A stretch of 47,249 bases of DNA from a bacterium (GTDB lineage: Bacteria > Patescibacteriota > Minisyncoccia > Moranbacterales > UBA2206): contig JAJYBE010000001.1 of assembly GCA_021779205.1 (NCBI GenBank), positions 1 through 47,249 of the forward strand, written 5' to 3'. How positions within the stretch are numbered: the stretch's first letter is position 1; every line of letters starts with the position of its first letter. The position numbers were made by a program, and so were the translations under genes. Below are positions 15,537-24,129 of this stretch, one piece after another. The notes beneath the pieces were generated by a model. The model ran no database searches. It saw only the letters and a program-made list of their open reading frames with translations, and was not told where the DNA came from.

Positions 15537-16727
15537 TTAATCATGCAAATCAAGGTTAAGACATTTTTCATAAACCTTCAAAAGCTTATCCACTGAGACT
15601 TCGCTCGTAAAATTCTCCCTGGCAATTTTCCTTGATGCCTCACCAAAACGCTTGCGTAGACTTGGGTCGTTAACCAGTTTCAAAACCGCATCGGAAAATT
15701 CTTTTTCATTTTCTCTCACCAAAAAACCATTAGCCTTGTTGAGCATCAAGCTGCTGATCCCCGTCGAATCAACTGCCACAATCGGCAGATTCATATACAT
15801 CGCTTCCAGCGGAATAATACCTTGTGTTTCTGATTTTGAGCTATGCACAAAAATGTCCGCGCCAGCATAATAGTTTTTGATTTCTTCCGGCAAGATAAAG
15901 CCAGTGAAAATTACTGACTCAGTTATTTTTTCCTTTGCGCAATATTTTTTTAGTTTTGGTAAAAGATAACCCTCTCCTGTAACCAAAAGTTTGACGCACC
16001 CAGCGGACTGTCCACTTTCTTTTTCTCCTAGCGGACAGTCCGCTAGAATATTTTTGAGCACACGAAAAACAAATTCAATATTTTTTTCTCCCGTAAGGCG
16101 CGAAACTAAAAAGAGCACGATCTCATCTTCAGCAATGCCATATTTTTTCCTTGTGCTCTCACGGTCAGCTCCGCTAAATTTCTCGGCTTTTATGCCAGTA
16201 GCAATCGGAATGATTTCCTTTTTCACTCCCCATTTTCGCAGAATTGGCATAATTGAAGCAGTCGGAGCAATGACCATATCTGCAGCGTTAGCATAAGCAA
16301 CAGCTTTTTTTATGATATAATCCGCCGCCCATTTTTTGGGAATAAACGGGACGAAATTTGTGTAGTGATCATAGAGCGTGTGCCAAGTGAACACAAGCGG
16401 AACTTTTTTCTTTTTTGCCCAACGCCGCGCAGCTGAGCCCAAGAGATTAGGATGCTGGGCATGGATAATGTCGATTTTCAAATCTTTTAAGATTCTCCGC
16501 ATTTTCCAAGAATATGGAACGGCCAGTGGAAAACGAAATTTAAATTCGATGTCGATTGAAGGATAGCGATAGACATTGGGATTGGTGTCAACATAATCCT
16601 TCCATTTGGGCGCAAAAATATAGACGGTGTGACCGCGTTTTTCCAACTCTTCCCGAAAAGTTTCCACGGAAACTGTGACGCCGTAGGAATTAGGAAGATA
16701 GTTATTGGTGAAGATGGCTATATTCAT
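15537..16727 (-). CDS. Glycosyltransferase family 4
   Basis: 396-aa ORF with MNIAIFTNNYLPNSYGVTVSV, HSSKSETQGIIPLEAMYMNLPIVA and NGFLV. Confidence 0.85.
   Translation of the reverse strand: MNIAIFTNNYLPNSYGVTVSVETFREELEKRGHTVYIFAPKWKDYVDTNPNVYRYPSIDIEFKFRFPLAVPYSWKMRRILKDLKIDIIHAQHPNLLGSAARRWAKKKKVPLVFTWHTLYDHYTNFVPFIPKKWAADYIIKKAVAYANAADMVIAPTASIMPILRKWGVKKEIIPIATGIKAEKFSGADRESTRKKYGIAEDEIVLFLVSRLTGEKNIEFVFRVLKNILADCPLGEKESGQSAGCVKLLVTGEGYLLPKLKKYCAKEKITESVIFTGFILPEEIKNYYAGADIFVHSSKSETQGIIPLEAMYMNLPIVAVDSTGISSLMLNKANGFLVRENEKEFSDAVLKLVNDPSLRKRFGEASRKIARENFTSEVSVDKLLKVYEKCLNLDLHD
16003..16042. repeat. 11-bp-stem hairpin inside the GT4 ORF
   Basis: gcggactgtcc (16003-16013), a 18-nt spacer, then ggacagtccgc (16032-16042). 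It also contains the local palindrome agcggacagtccgct at 16030-16044. Confidence 0.8.
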
Positions 16728-16730
16728 AAT

Positions 16731-16794
16731 ACCGATACGAATTTACGAATCCCTTTTTCGTAGATTCGTCTCTATTTCGTAGTTTTGAATCGGT
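16731..16794. repeat. 64-nt palindromic heptamer element with no cargo
   Basis: Sequence: accgat-acgaatt-tacgaat-ccc-tttttcgta-gattcgt-ctct-atttcgta-gttttgaatcggt. The outer arms are accgat and atcggt. It fills the spacer between the hydrolase stop and the GT4 start. Confidence 0.65.
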
Positions 16795-17651
16795 TAATTA
16801 CTTTCTAAGAACCCAAGAATATCCTCAAAAATATGCTCATTTTCGATGTCAGAAATAAACGTATGATAGGCGTTCTCAAGATATTTTTTCTTTTTTATTT
16901 TCGAACTAATTTTGGCAAAAATTTTCTCTAAACTTTTTTTGGCCACGATATGATCTGCGCGCGATTGCATCACAAAACATGGTTGGGTAATTTTTCCAAT
17001 CACGCGCCTGGAAAATTTAGCCAGTTTTAGAACTTCTAAAACACTTCTGATTGGATAGGTCTGATAGGAAATCCGCCTAGTCACTGTGGAAGACGAACCG
17101 AAAGACGGCGGATAATATTTTTTGTAATATTTTTTAAATGGTAAAATAATTCTGGCAAAAAGAAAAATTCCCATTTCTGTTCGCAAGCGATATGGCATTG
17201 CCATCAGCACAAGGCCCGCTATTTCCGAATTACTCCCCGCCAAAATGGAAGCGAGACTGGCGCCCAGTGACGTGCCAATGACATAGATTTTTTTATGTTT
17301 TTCTCGCAGTTCGAAATAGGCTTTTTCCACGTCTTTGTTCCAGGTTCTCCATGAAACATTTTCCAAATCAGTTGGAACGGTGCCGTGACCGGTAAGTAGC
17401 GGCGCGGAAACGGTGTAGCCTTTTTGATGCAAATATTTTCCCAAACGCCGCAGTTCATAGGGCGTCGTCGTCCAGCCATGGACCAAAAGAACTGCGCGGC
17501 CGTTTTCGCTGGAAAAATAAAAAGGCTTGTCGATAAACACAAGCTCGTCGCTATAAAGCGATTTTGGATCCGCTAAAACCGTTGATTTTTCTTTTTCCTC
17601 CATCGAATTTTCCATATTCCATATCTTACTACTTTTCTTCGATTTAGCCAA
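16794..17651 (-). CDS. Alpha/beta hydrolase (esterase/lipase type)
   Basis: Oxyanion region VLLVHGWTTTP, nucleophile elbow GTSLGAS, and a C-terminal H in NAYHTF. The track start is TTG; an ATG at 17618 is an alternative. Confidence 0.75.
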   Translation of the reverse strand: MAKSKKSSKIWNMENSMEEKEKSTVLADPKSLYSDELVFIDKPFYFSSENGRAVLLVHGWTTTPYELRRLGKYLHQKGYTVSAPLLTGHGTVPTDLENVSWRTWNKDVEKAYFELREKHKKIYVIGTSLGASLASILAGSNSEIAGLVLMAMPYRLRTEMGIFLFARIILPFKKYYKKYYPPSFGSSSTVTRRISYQTYPIRSVLEVLKLAKFSRRVIGKITQPCFVMQSRADHIVAKKSLEKIFAKISSKIKKKKYLENAYHTFISDIENEHIFEDILGFLESN

Positions 17652-17717
17652 TAGACAACAAAAAAATCAATCAATTCTAGTTAATTGAAGCTAAAAAAAT
17701 AAAGAAACTCTTATTTT

Positions 17718-18359
17718 TTATTTTTCACCGCCATTCTCCTGGAGCAATTTCTTTGCTTTCTGATTTTTATAGAAAATAATTATGGTGATTGAAATTACTG
17801 CTATGGCAAAAATTATCCAACCCACCCACTGAATGTATTGTTTGATTTCGCGCCAAAGATAACCATAGAAATAGCCCATCGCAACTAAAAAACCGCTCCA
17901 AACAATTCCGCCGTAGAATGAATTTTTCAGAAATTTCTTGAAATCCATTTTCACTATTCCGGCGGCGGTAAAAGTCGCCCAGCAAAGTCCGGTGGTTGAT
18001 TTCACGGCAAAAATTGTTTTCCCGCCATGCTTTTTGAAGTATTCTCCCATGCGCAAAACGAGCTTTTCCGTGATGCCCATATATTTCCCAATATGCCTCA
18101 CAAACCCCATGCCGAAACGATAGCCTAAAGTATAGAGAAAAACATCTCCAATAATATCCCCCAGAATTGAAAAAAACAAAACAACATACACATTAAAAGC
18201 ACCCAGACTGGCCATCATCGCCGCCAGTACTGTCACGATCGGACCTTCGATAATCATGAGAGGCAGCATCATCCAATAACCATAGTGATGCAAAAACTGA
18301 AAGATATTTTGACCAAGTTGTTCCATATATAGCCTCGAGAGGAGTTGCCTTTTATCCAT
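17718..18359 (-). CDS. DedA/VTT-family membrane protein (second copy)
   Basis: 213-aa ORF with MIIEGPIVTVLAAMMASLGAF and GDIIGDVFLYTLGYRFG. Confidence 0.75.
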   Translation of the reverse strand: MDKRQLLSRLYMEQLGQNIFQFLHHYGYWMMLPLMIIEGPIVTVLAAMMASLGAFNVYVVLFFSILGDIIGDVFLYTLGYRFGMGFVRHIGKYMGITEKLVLRMGEYFKKHGGKTIFAVKSTTGLCWATFTAAGIVKMDFKKFLKNSFYGGIVWSGFLVAMGYFYGYLWREIKQYIQWVGWIIFAIAVISITIIIFYKNQKAKKLLQENGGEK

Positions 18360-18410
18360 CCTTCGACGTGCCTACGGCACATACCTTACCCCCCCTCAGA
18401 GCCGGAGTTT

Positions 18411-18440
18411 CCAAAAAAAAACAAACCGGTTTGCTTTTTT
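18411..18440. terminator. Weak bidirectional terminator-like palindrome
   Basis: An A9 run, then caaaccggtttg, then a T6 run. The short stem keeps confidence low. Confidence 0.35.
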
Positions 18441-18515
18441 AAAATATCCGTCCGACCCTATAAAGAATTATAGACCGAAAAACTCTCTGATTATTATTGC
18501 ATTCAAAACAACACG

Positions 18516-18587
18516 TAGCCTCAAGGGGAGTCGGACCCCTCTTTTCAGGATGAAAACCTGATGTCCTAACCGATAGACGATGAGGCC
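18516..18587 (-). tRNA. tRNA-Glu (anticodon TTC)
   Basis: Reverse complement: GGCCTCATCGTCTATCGGTTAGGACATCAGGTTTTCATCCTGAAAAGAGGGGTCCGACTCCCCTTGAGGCTA. It has a G1-U72 pair and an unusual T-loop, TCCGACT. Confidence 0.75.
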
Positions 18588-18891
18588 AAAAAATGGCACT
18601 GAACTAAAATTTAATATCCTCTTTCACTTAATATGGCAACGATTATTCAAAACAACAAGCCTGCTCTCAATGCTCTATATAGCGCCATAGGCGAACCAAA
18701 AACAAAACAAAGCGAAGTTGCTTTTTTCCCCTTATTCACCTAAAAAAGATGATAGCACGACTTTTAAAATAAATCCAGCCCCCGCATAAATTCTCTTACG
18801 GAATTAACCCCTCAGTCGCGAAATAAGCCACAAAAAATTGCAATTATCCTTCATCTACGTTAAAATCAAAGAACTAAGCACTAAAAATTTT

Positions 18892-19944
18892 ATGATCATT
18901 CTAGGTCTTGAAACATCTTGCGACGAAACGGCAGCTTCTGTTGTTTCAGTGGAAAATGACAAAATTACCATACTTTCCAATATCGTCTCCTCTCAAATAG
19001 CCCTCCATGCAAAATGGGGTGGAGTTGTACCGAATTTAGCGGCAAGAGAGCACCTGAAAAACATCTTGCCGGTCATCAATGAAGCCATAGAGAAAGCAAA
19101 AAAGAAACCAGTCGATCTGGATCTTATCGCTGTCACAAACGGCCCCGGACTTATTCCGGCACTGCTCATCGGCACAACCACCGCCAAGACGCTCTCCTAT
19201 CTTTGGCGCGTACCCCTCCTGGGGATTCATCATATCGAAGGACACATCTGCGCCAATTTTATTTCTAATAAAATCAATAGGCTAAAATTTCCCATCCTAG
19301 CCCTTGTTGTTTCTGGCGGTCACACGCAATTAGTTTTAATGAGAAAACATCTACACTATGAAATTATCGGCGAGACTGTGGACGACGCGGTTGGCGAAGC
19401 TTTTGACAAAGTCGCGCGCATCTTGAACCTTGGCTACCCTGGTGGTCCGGCGGTGGCGAAATTAGCTGATAGCTACACCGGGGAGAAAAAATTCCAAATC
19501 ACACTCCCTCGACCAATGCTCAAATCCGCTAATTTAAATTTCTCTTTTTCTGGCATCAAAACCGCCGTGCTCTACGCCACCAAGAAAAATCCAAAAAATT
19601 TAAAAGATCGAAAATACATTTCGGAAATGTGCCAGGAATTTCAAATGGCGGTCAGTGATGTGCTTATTGCCAAGACCATCCGCGCCGCTAAAAAATATTC
19701 CCCCGGAACAATTCTTTTAGCTGGCGGCGTCAGCGCTAATAAATATCTACGAGAAAAATTAAAATCAAGCGTCAAAGAGAATCTGGAAAATACCACCTGT
19801 CTTGTGCCCGAATTAACCTATAGCATGGATAACGCCGCCATGATTGCTACGGCTGGATATTATCGCTGGAAAAATTTAAAGGATAAAAAAAGTTTGGAAA
19901 AAAACTGGAAGAACATGGAAACTAGTGCGAGCTTGAAGATATAA
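18892..19944 (+). CDS. tsaD: tRNA N6-adenosine threonylcarbamoyltransferase
   Basis: MIILGLETSCDETAASVV, GIHHIEGHI and LVVSGGHTQL. The ATG at 18892 is preferred over the TTG at 18838 used in the track. Confidence 0.9.
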   Translation: MIILGLETSCDETAASVVSVENDKITILSNIVSSQIALHAKWGGVVPNLAAREHLKNILPVINEAIEKAKKKPVDLDLIAVTNGPGLIPALLIGTTTAKTLSYLWRVPLLGIHHIEGHICANFISNKINRLKFPILALVVSGGHTQLVLMRKHLHYEIIGETVDDAVGEAFDKVARILNLGYPGGPAVAKLADSYTGEKKFQITLPRPMLKSANLNFSFSGIKTAVLYATKKNPKNLKDRKYISEMCQEFQMAVSDVLIAKTIRAAKKYSPGTILLAGGVSANKYLREKLKSSVKENLENTTCLVPELTYSMDNAAMIATAGYYRWKNLKDKKSLEKNWKNMETSASLKI

Positions 19945-20068
19945 TCCTGCAAATCATAAATTTATTATAAATCCACAAATAATTTATTCGTTGCTTAACT
20001 TTAATCATTTTGTTTCTTCTATAAATTCGCAAAGACCTAATTATGAATCGTTAAATTAACCCAAAAAA

Positions 20069-20509
20069 ATGTTGCCATTCTTTGAAGGAATCATTGCTGC
20101 TATTGGCGCTCTGATTGTGGAATTAAGTCCGCCGATTTTTGGTTTAATTTTAACGGAAAACTCGCTGTTTTTTCTTTTTTTTGCTGCCAGTTCCGAAGAA
20201 ATAATCAAATATGCCTTCATTTATAACCATTTTACCAAACTAAAAACAAAAGAAAGAATTCTTTCTGGATCGATCCTCATTGGCTTAGGCTTCGCATGCA
20301 TAGATATAATACTCAAGCAATTGTCCTATGATAAAAGCGTTCTGCTTCCTGTCATTGGAGTTTTCCTTGTGCATCTTTTCACTGCCGCACTCCTAGGACT
20401 ATTTTTGCGCAAAAATATTTCAAAACCAATAGCCCTAAGCATCCTAATTCTTGTTCTAAATATTTTAATCCATTTTTCCTATAATCTTCTTATTCTGCGC
20501 ATGAACTAG
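20069..20509 (+). CDS. Small polytopic membrane protein (possibly PrsW-like; weak)
   Basis: 146-aa ORF with 4-5 hydrophobic segments. The SSEEIIKY motif resembles the PrsW EExxK motif. Confidence 0.4.
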   Translation: MLPFFEGIIAAIGALIVELSPPIFGLILTENSLFFLFFAASSEEIIKYAFIYNHFTKLKTKERILSGSILIGLGFACIDIILKQLSYDKSVLLPVIGVFLVHLFTAALLGLFLRKNISKPIALSILILVLNILIHFSYNLLILRMN

Positions 20510-20526
20510 GCGCATAAAAAAATAAC

Positions 20527-20554
20527 TTGCCAAATACTGATAGTCCGCTATAAT
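20527..20554 (+). promoter_or_regulatory. Sigma70-type promoter for hsp20
   Basis: TTGCCA (20527-20532), a 16-nt spacer, then TATAAT (20549-20554). Confidence 0.55.
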
Positions 20555-20590
20555 TTAAACATAGATAAGTAAATTAATTTTTTGAAATTT

Positions 20591-21139
20591 ATGACCAAAA
20601 TAAAAAAATCCTTTCTGGAAAGATTAACTGGAGCAAGAACAATCGAAGAAGATGCATATATCTCTGAGCGTACCATCTCGCCAAGCGTAAGCATGTATGG
20701 GGAAGATGAAGAAATTGAAATGGAAAGAGAAATCGCTACCCATTCAACACCTAATCGTTTTTCCAGGGAGATGAGAGAAGAAAATCAATCAAATGATCTA
20801 GAAAACAATGAAGGCCAACTAACTATAGACGTATATCAAACAGACAACGATATTGTAATCAAATCCACTATTGCAGGAGTTAAGCCGGAAGATCTTGATG
20901 TCAGCATAAATAATGATATGCTCACGATTCGCGGAGAAAGAAAAAATGACGAGCAAGTCATAGAAGAAAATTACTATTACCAAGAATGCTACTGGGGCTC
21001 TTTTTCTCGTTCAGTAATTTTACCAATTGATGTTGTAGCTGACAAAATTGAAGCCTCGATGAAAAACGGAATTTTAACTGTCCGAATGCCAAAAGCAGAT
21101 AGCAATAAATCGAAAAAAATTCAAGTTCGAGGATTCTAA
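20591..21139 (+). CDS. Hsp20/alpha-crystallin small heat-shock protein
   Basis: Alpha-crystallin domain: LTIDVYQTDNDIVIKSTIAGVKPEDLDVSINNDMLTIRGERK...FSRSVILP...ASMKNGILTVRMPK. The ATG at 20591 is preferred over the TTG at 20582. Confidence 0.88.
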   Translation: MTKIKKSFLERLTGARTIEEDAYISERTISPSVSMYGEDEEIEMEREIATHSTPNRFSREMREENQSNDLENNEGQLTIDVYQTDNDIVIKSTIAGVKPEDLDVSINNDMLTIRGERKNDEQVIEENYYYQECYWGSFSRSVILPIDVVADKIEASMKNGILTVRMPKADSNKSKKIQVRGF

Positions 21140-21164
21140 TTTGTTTTGCATTTCTGCGCCCCTC

Positions 21165-21197
21165 AAGCCTCGCCTTTCTCGCGAGGCTTTTATTTTT
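21165..21197 (+). terminator. Rho-independent terminator after hsp20
   Basis: A 9-bp stem, aagcctcgc / gcgaggctt, with a 7-nt loop and a following T-run. Confidence 0.75.
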
Positions 21198-21250
21198 AGA
21201 GTCATTTTGCAAACTTGATTTTGGCTCATATTTACTGTATTCTAAATAAT

Positions 21251-22555
21251 ATGAAAGTTATCTATCATTTCGCTGTTTTTTTATTTTTCCTATTCTTACT
21301 ATCACCAAACTGCTCTGCGGAAATGGTTGATTTAGGTTTTTTCACTCCGCAAGAATTAAGTGCCAATCTGGGTGTTGATTTTAATTTAGGAGTGAAAGAT
21401 CAAAATATCACGATTCCGGCAATAGAAGTCACCGACTGGATTAAGGAAAAATCCTCAATTAGCTATGCTGAAAATTACAAATCAGAAATCGAAAATGGCA
21501 ATTTCTGCGCCTACGAAAAATCTTCGCTTTGCAAGCTGTCCTTCAGTTACCGCAAAGAAGACAGATTTAAAAAAACAATTTCCATAACACTAGACACTGA
21601 CTTGGTTAAAAATTCCATCGCCAATATTGCGAAAAAAGTAAACAAAGATGCTTCCGATTCCAGATTTAAAGTCGTAGATGGAAAAGTATCACTTTTTTCT
21701 TTAAGTGAAAAAGGCCTCAAGCTTGATGAGGCAAAAAGTCTGGACGTGGTAATCTCCGCTTTCAAGAATAAAACCATGGATGCAAAACTAGACTTGCCTT
21801 ACGCCGAAATTGATCCAATAGTCACTACCGACTCTATTGACACAATGGGAGTTAACACGCTAATCGGAGAAGGTCAATCCAATTTCAGAGGTTCACCGAA
21901 AAATCGAATCCTTAATATTAATGTTGCCGTCAAACAATTCGATGGAATCCTCATTAAACCTGGCGAGGAATTCTCTTTTGTAAAAACCCTGGGCGAAGTT
22001 GACGGAGAACATGGATATTTCCCGGAGCTTGTGATTAAGGGAGATAAGACTGAGCCTGATTTTGGCGGTGGCATTTGCCAAGTTTCCACCACTGCTTTTC
22101 GCGCGGCTATCTATTCCGGTCTGAAAATAACAGCCCGAACTAATCATGCCTATCCGGTCAGCTATTACAACCCGCAAGGAATGGACGCCACGGTATATGT
22201 GCCAAGGCCGGATTTAAAATTTATCAACAATACTCCTGGCTACATTCTCATTCAAGTTAAAATAGCAGGAACAGTGCTAACCTTTGATTTCTATGGCACA
22301 TCGGACGGCCGAAGAACAAATGTTATTGGACCGACTATAACAGAAAAAAATCCTGATGGATCAATGAAGGCCACTTTTACCCAACAAGTTTTTGATAAAG
22401 ACAACAATCTGGTTCGTGCAGATGTATTTAATAGCAACTATGAATCCCCCTCCAAATTCCCTCATCCCGGACAAACTTCCGACACACTCACAACTAAACC
22501 GAAAAATTGGTCTGATCACGAATGGAAGGCATATAAAGCGGCGCATACGCCATAA
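21251..22555 (+). CDS. VanW-domain protein
   Basis: Signal/TM N-terminus MKVIYHFAVFLFFLFLL. VanW core: GGGICQVSTTAFRAAIYSGLKITARTNHAYPVSYY..GMDATVY. Confidence 0.85.
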   Translation: MKVIYHFAVFLFFLFLLSPNCSAEMVDLGFFTPQELSANLGVDFNLGVKDQNITIPAIEVTDWIKEKSSISYAENYKSEIENGNFCAYEKSSLCKLSFSYRKEDRFKKTISITLDTDLVKNSIANIAKKVNKDASDSRFKVVDGKVSLFSLSEKGLKLDEAKSLDVVISAFKNKTMDAKLDLPYAEIDPIVTTDSIDTMGVNTLIGEGQSNFRGSPKNRILNINVAVKQFDGILIKPGEEFSFVKTLGEVDGEHGYFPELVIKGDKTEPDFGGGICQVSTTAFRAAIYSGLKITARTNHAYPVSYYNPQGMDATVYVPRPDLKFINNTPGYILIQVKIAGTVLTFDFYGTSDGRRTNVIGPTITEKNPDGSMKATFTQQVFDKDNNLVRADVFNSNYESPSKFPHPGQTSDTLTTKPKNWSDHEWKAYKAAHTP

Positions 22556-22624
22556 AAGACTGCTACTTGCCAGAGCAAATTATTTTTGCTAGTATAAACA
22601 AGTTATTTTGAAATGAATTATTCT

Positions 22625-22698
22625 GCGCCGGTAGCTCAGTGGATAGAGCAGTAGCCTTCTAAGCTATTGGTCGCAGGTTCGATTCCTGCCCGGCGCAC
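22625..22698 (+). tRNA. tRNA-Arg (anticodon TCT)
   Basis: GCGCCGGTAGCTCAGTGGATAGAGCAGTAGCCTTCTAAGCTATTGGTCGCAGGTTCGATTCCTGCCCGGCGCA. Confidence 0.88.
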
Positions 22699-22712
22699 TC
22701 TCTCGTGAATTT

Positions 22713-22785
22713 GCCCTTATAGCTCAGTTGGTAGAGCAGCTCCCTCTTAAGGAGATGGTCCCAAGTTCGAATCTTGGTGAGGGCA
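22713..22785 (+). tRNA. tRNA-Lys (anticodon CTT)
   Basis: GCCCTTATAGCTCAGTTGGTAGAGCAGCTCCCTCTTAAGGAGATGGTCCCAAGTTCGAATCTTGGTGAGGGCA. Confidence 0.88.
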
Positions 22786-22874
22786 CAGAAATACCTCCCC
22801 CTAACGGCAGGCAGACAGTTTAAAATTTTTTAATTCTTAAATAAATAATAAAAAATACTTAAAGTTTTCAGAGT

Positions 22875-22946
22875 GGTGGCTATAGTTCAATGGTAGAACA
22901 CTGGTTTGTGGTACCAGCTACAAGGGTCCGATTCCCTTTAGCCACC
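22875..22946 (+). tRNA. tRNA-His (anticodon GTG) with encoded G-1
   Basis: G-GTGGCTATAGTTCAATGGTAGAACACTGGTTTGTGGTACCAGCTACAAGGGTCCGATTCCCTTTAGCCACC. The T-loop is TCCGATT. Confidence 0.82.
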
Positions 22947-22969
22947 CCCTTGGAAATTTTAAGAGGCAT

Positions 22970-23043
22970 GCGCCCTTAGCTCAGTGGATTAGAGCATCTG
23001 GCTTCGGACCAGAGGGTCGGGGGTTCGAGTCCCTCAGGGCGCA
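22970..23043 (+). tRNA. tRNA-Arg (anticodon TCG)
   Basis: GCGCCCTTAGCTCAGTGGATTAGAGCATCTGGCTTCGGACCAGAGGGTCGGGGGTTCGAGTCCCTCAGGGCGCA. Confidence 0.88.
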
Positions 23044-23048
23044 CAAAC

Positions 23049-23085
23049 AAAAAAAACACAACCACCCATGACTGTGTTTTTTTAT
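23049..23085. terminator. Weak bidirectional terminator between the tRNA cluster and the pilus operon
   Basis: An A-run, then acaca..tgtgt, then a T-run. The stem is short. Confidence 0.35.
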
Positions 23086-23097
23086 TGGCGATAGAAT

Positions 23098-23421
23098 CTA
23101 TTTAATGCCAAAAATGTCTTTTTTCATATCTATCTCCTTCTCATATTCTTGCGTCTTTTTTTGTTCCTGATCGACAATATCTTGAAACCTTTTACGATTA
23201 AATGTTACTTCCTTATCCTTCGTTGCTAAGTATTCCATTTTCTTACTTTCACTCCATTGATAATTATAGACATAAGCGTACCAAAGATAAATGCAATAGC
23301 CGGATAGTAAAAAAAAAGCAGCAAAAATGAACAATTTAACATTACCACCAAGAAACACTCCCATTCTCCTAAGAAAGCTTCCGGATATGATATCTTTTTT
23401 TATATTTTTCAGATTTAACAT
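23098..23421 (-). CDS. Small membrane protein, last gene of the pilus operon
   Basis: 107-aa ORF with one TM segment (LFIFAAFFLLSGYCIYLWYAY) and a charged C-terminus. I recognise no motif. Confidence 0.45.
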   Translation of the reverse strand: MLNLKNIKKDIISGSFLRRMGVFLGGNVKLFIFAAFFLLSGYCIYLWYAYVYNYQWSESKKMEYLATKDKEVTFNRKRFQDIVDQEQKKTQEYEKEIDMKKDIFGIK

Positions 23422-24129
23422 TTATTCAATATAGACGATTATATTCAGGGAACTCTTCAGCATCAACACTCCGTCATTTCCAGATCCCGCATCAACTGCT
23501 TGGCCAGGCGGAGAAAGAAATATGCCGTTTGAAGCAGAGTTTTGTTTTTTTAGCGAGTTATCCTTGTTGACAAGCTCCTTTTGCAGATTGAAAGAAAGGA
23601 TATTTACGTAATATTTATTATTTTCCAATTTATGTACAAAATTCAAAAAATCACCATAGTCCCCTGTCAGATCAACCTCCATTGAAACATATTGCTTGTA
23701 CGGCAACTGTTCCTCAATGTTTTTTTCCCCGTCATCTGCAGTATTTTTTTTAACTTTTGCCTTGGTTGTATTATTAGCCACGGAAACATTTGGATTATCA
23801 TTTAAAACCTTAATTTCTATCTCGTTATTCGTATCTGCCGCCAAAGACTCAATATATTTTATAAAGTCAACTTTATTATTAGAATTAAGTATTACACCGG
23901 TTGCATTTTTATTCTTCTCAAACTCAGCGTTCACCTCATCCATTTTTGGTATCTTGTCTATTTTTGACTTCTCTAAATCATTGTCAACTATTCGTTCTTG
24001 GATGAGTTCTGCCTTAATTTGAATTCTCTTTATCATATATGAAGCAGCCCAGCACAGCAGCGGCAAAACAACCAGCAAGAAAACGCCAACTGCTACAAAA
24101 ATTTTATGTTTTTTCCAAAAATTTTTCAT
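23422..24129 (-). CDS. PilO-like pilus assembly protein
   Basis: N-terminal TM segment, a coiled region, and a C-terminal VDLTGDYGDFLNFVHKLENNKYYVNILSFNL. This resembles the PilO pattern l.G.y..l..Fl..le...r.v.i....l. Confidence 0.55.
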   Translation of the reverse strand: MKNFWKKHKIFVAVGVFLLVVLPLLCWAASYMIKRIQIKAELIQERIVDNDLEKSKIDKIPKMDEVNAEFEKNKNATGVILNSNNKVDFIKYIESLAADTNNEIEIKVLNDNPNVSVANNTTKAKVKKNTADDGEKNIEEQLPYKQYVSMEVDLTGDYGDFLNFVHKLENNKYYVNILSFNLQKELVNKDNSLKKQNSASNGIFLSPPGQAVDAGSGNDGVLMLKSSLNIIVYIE

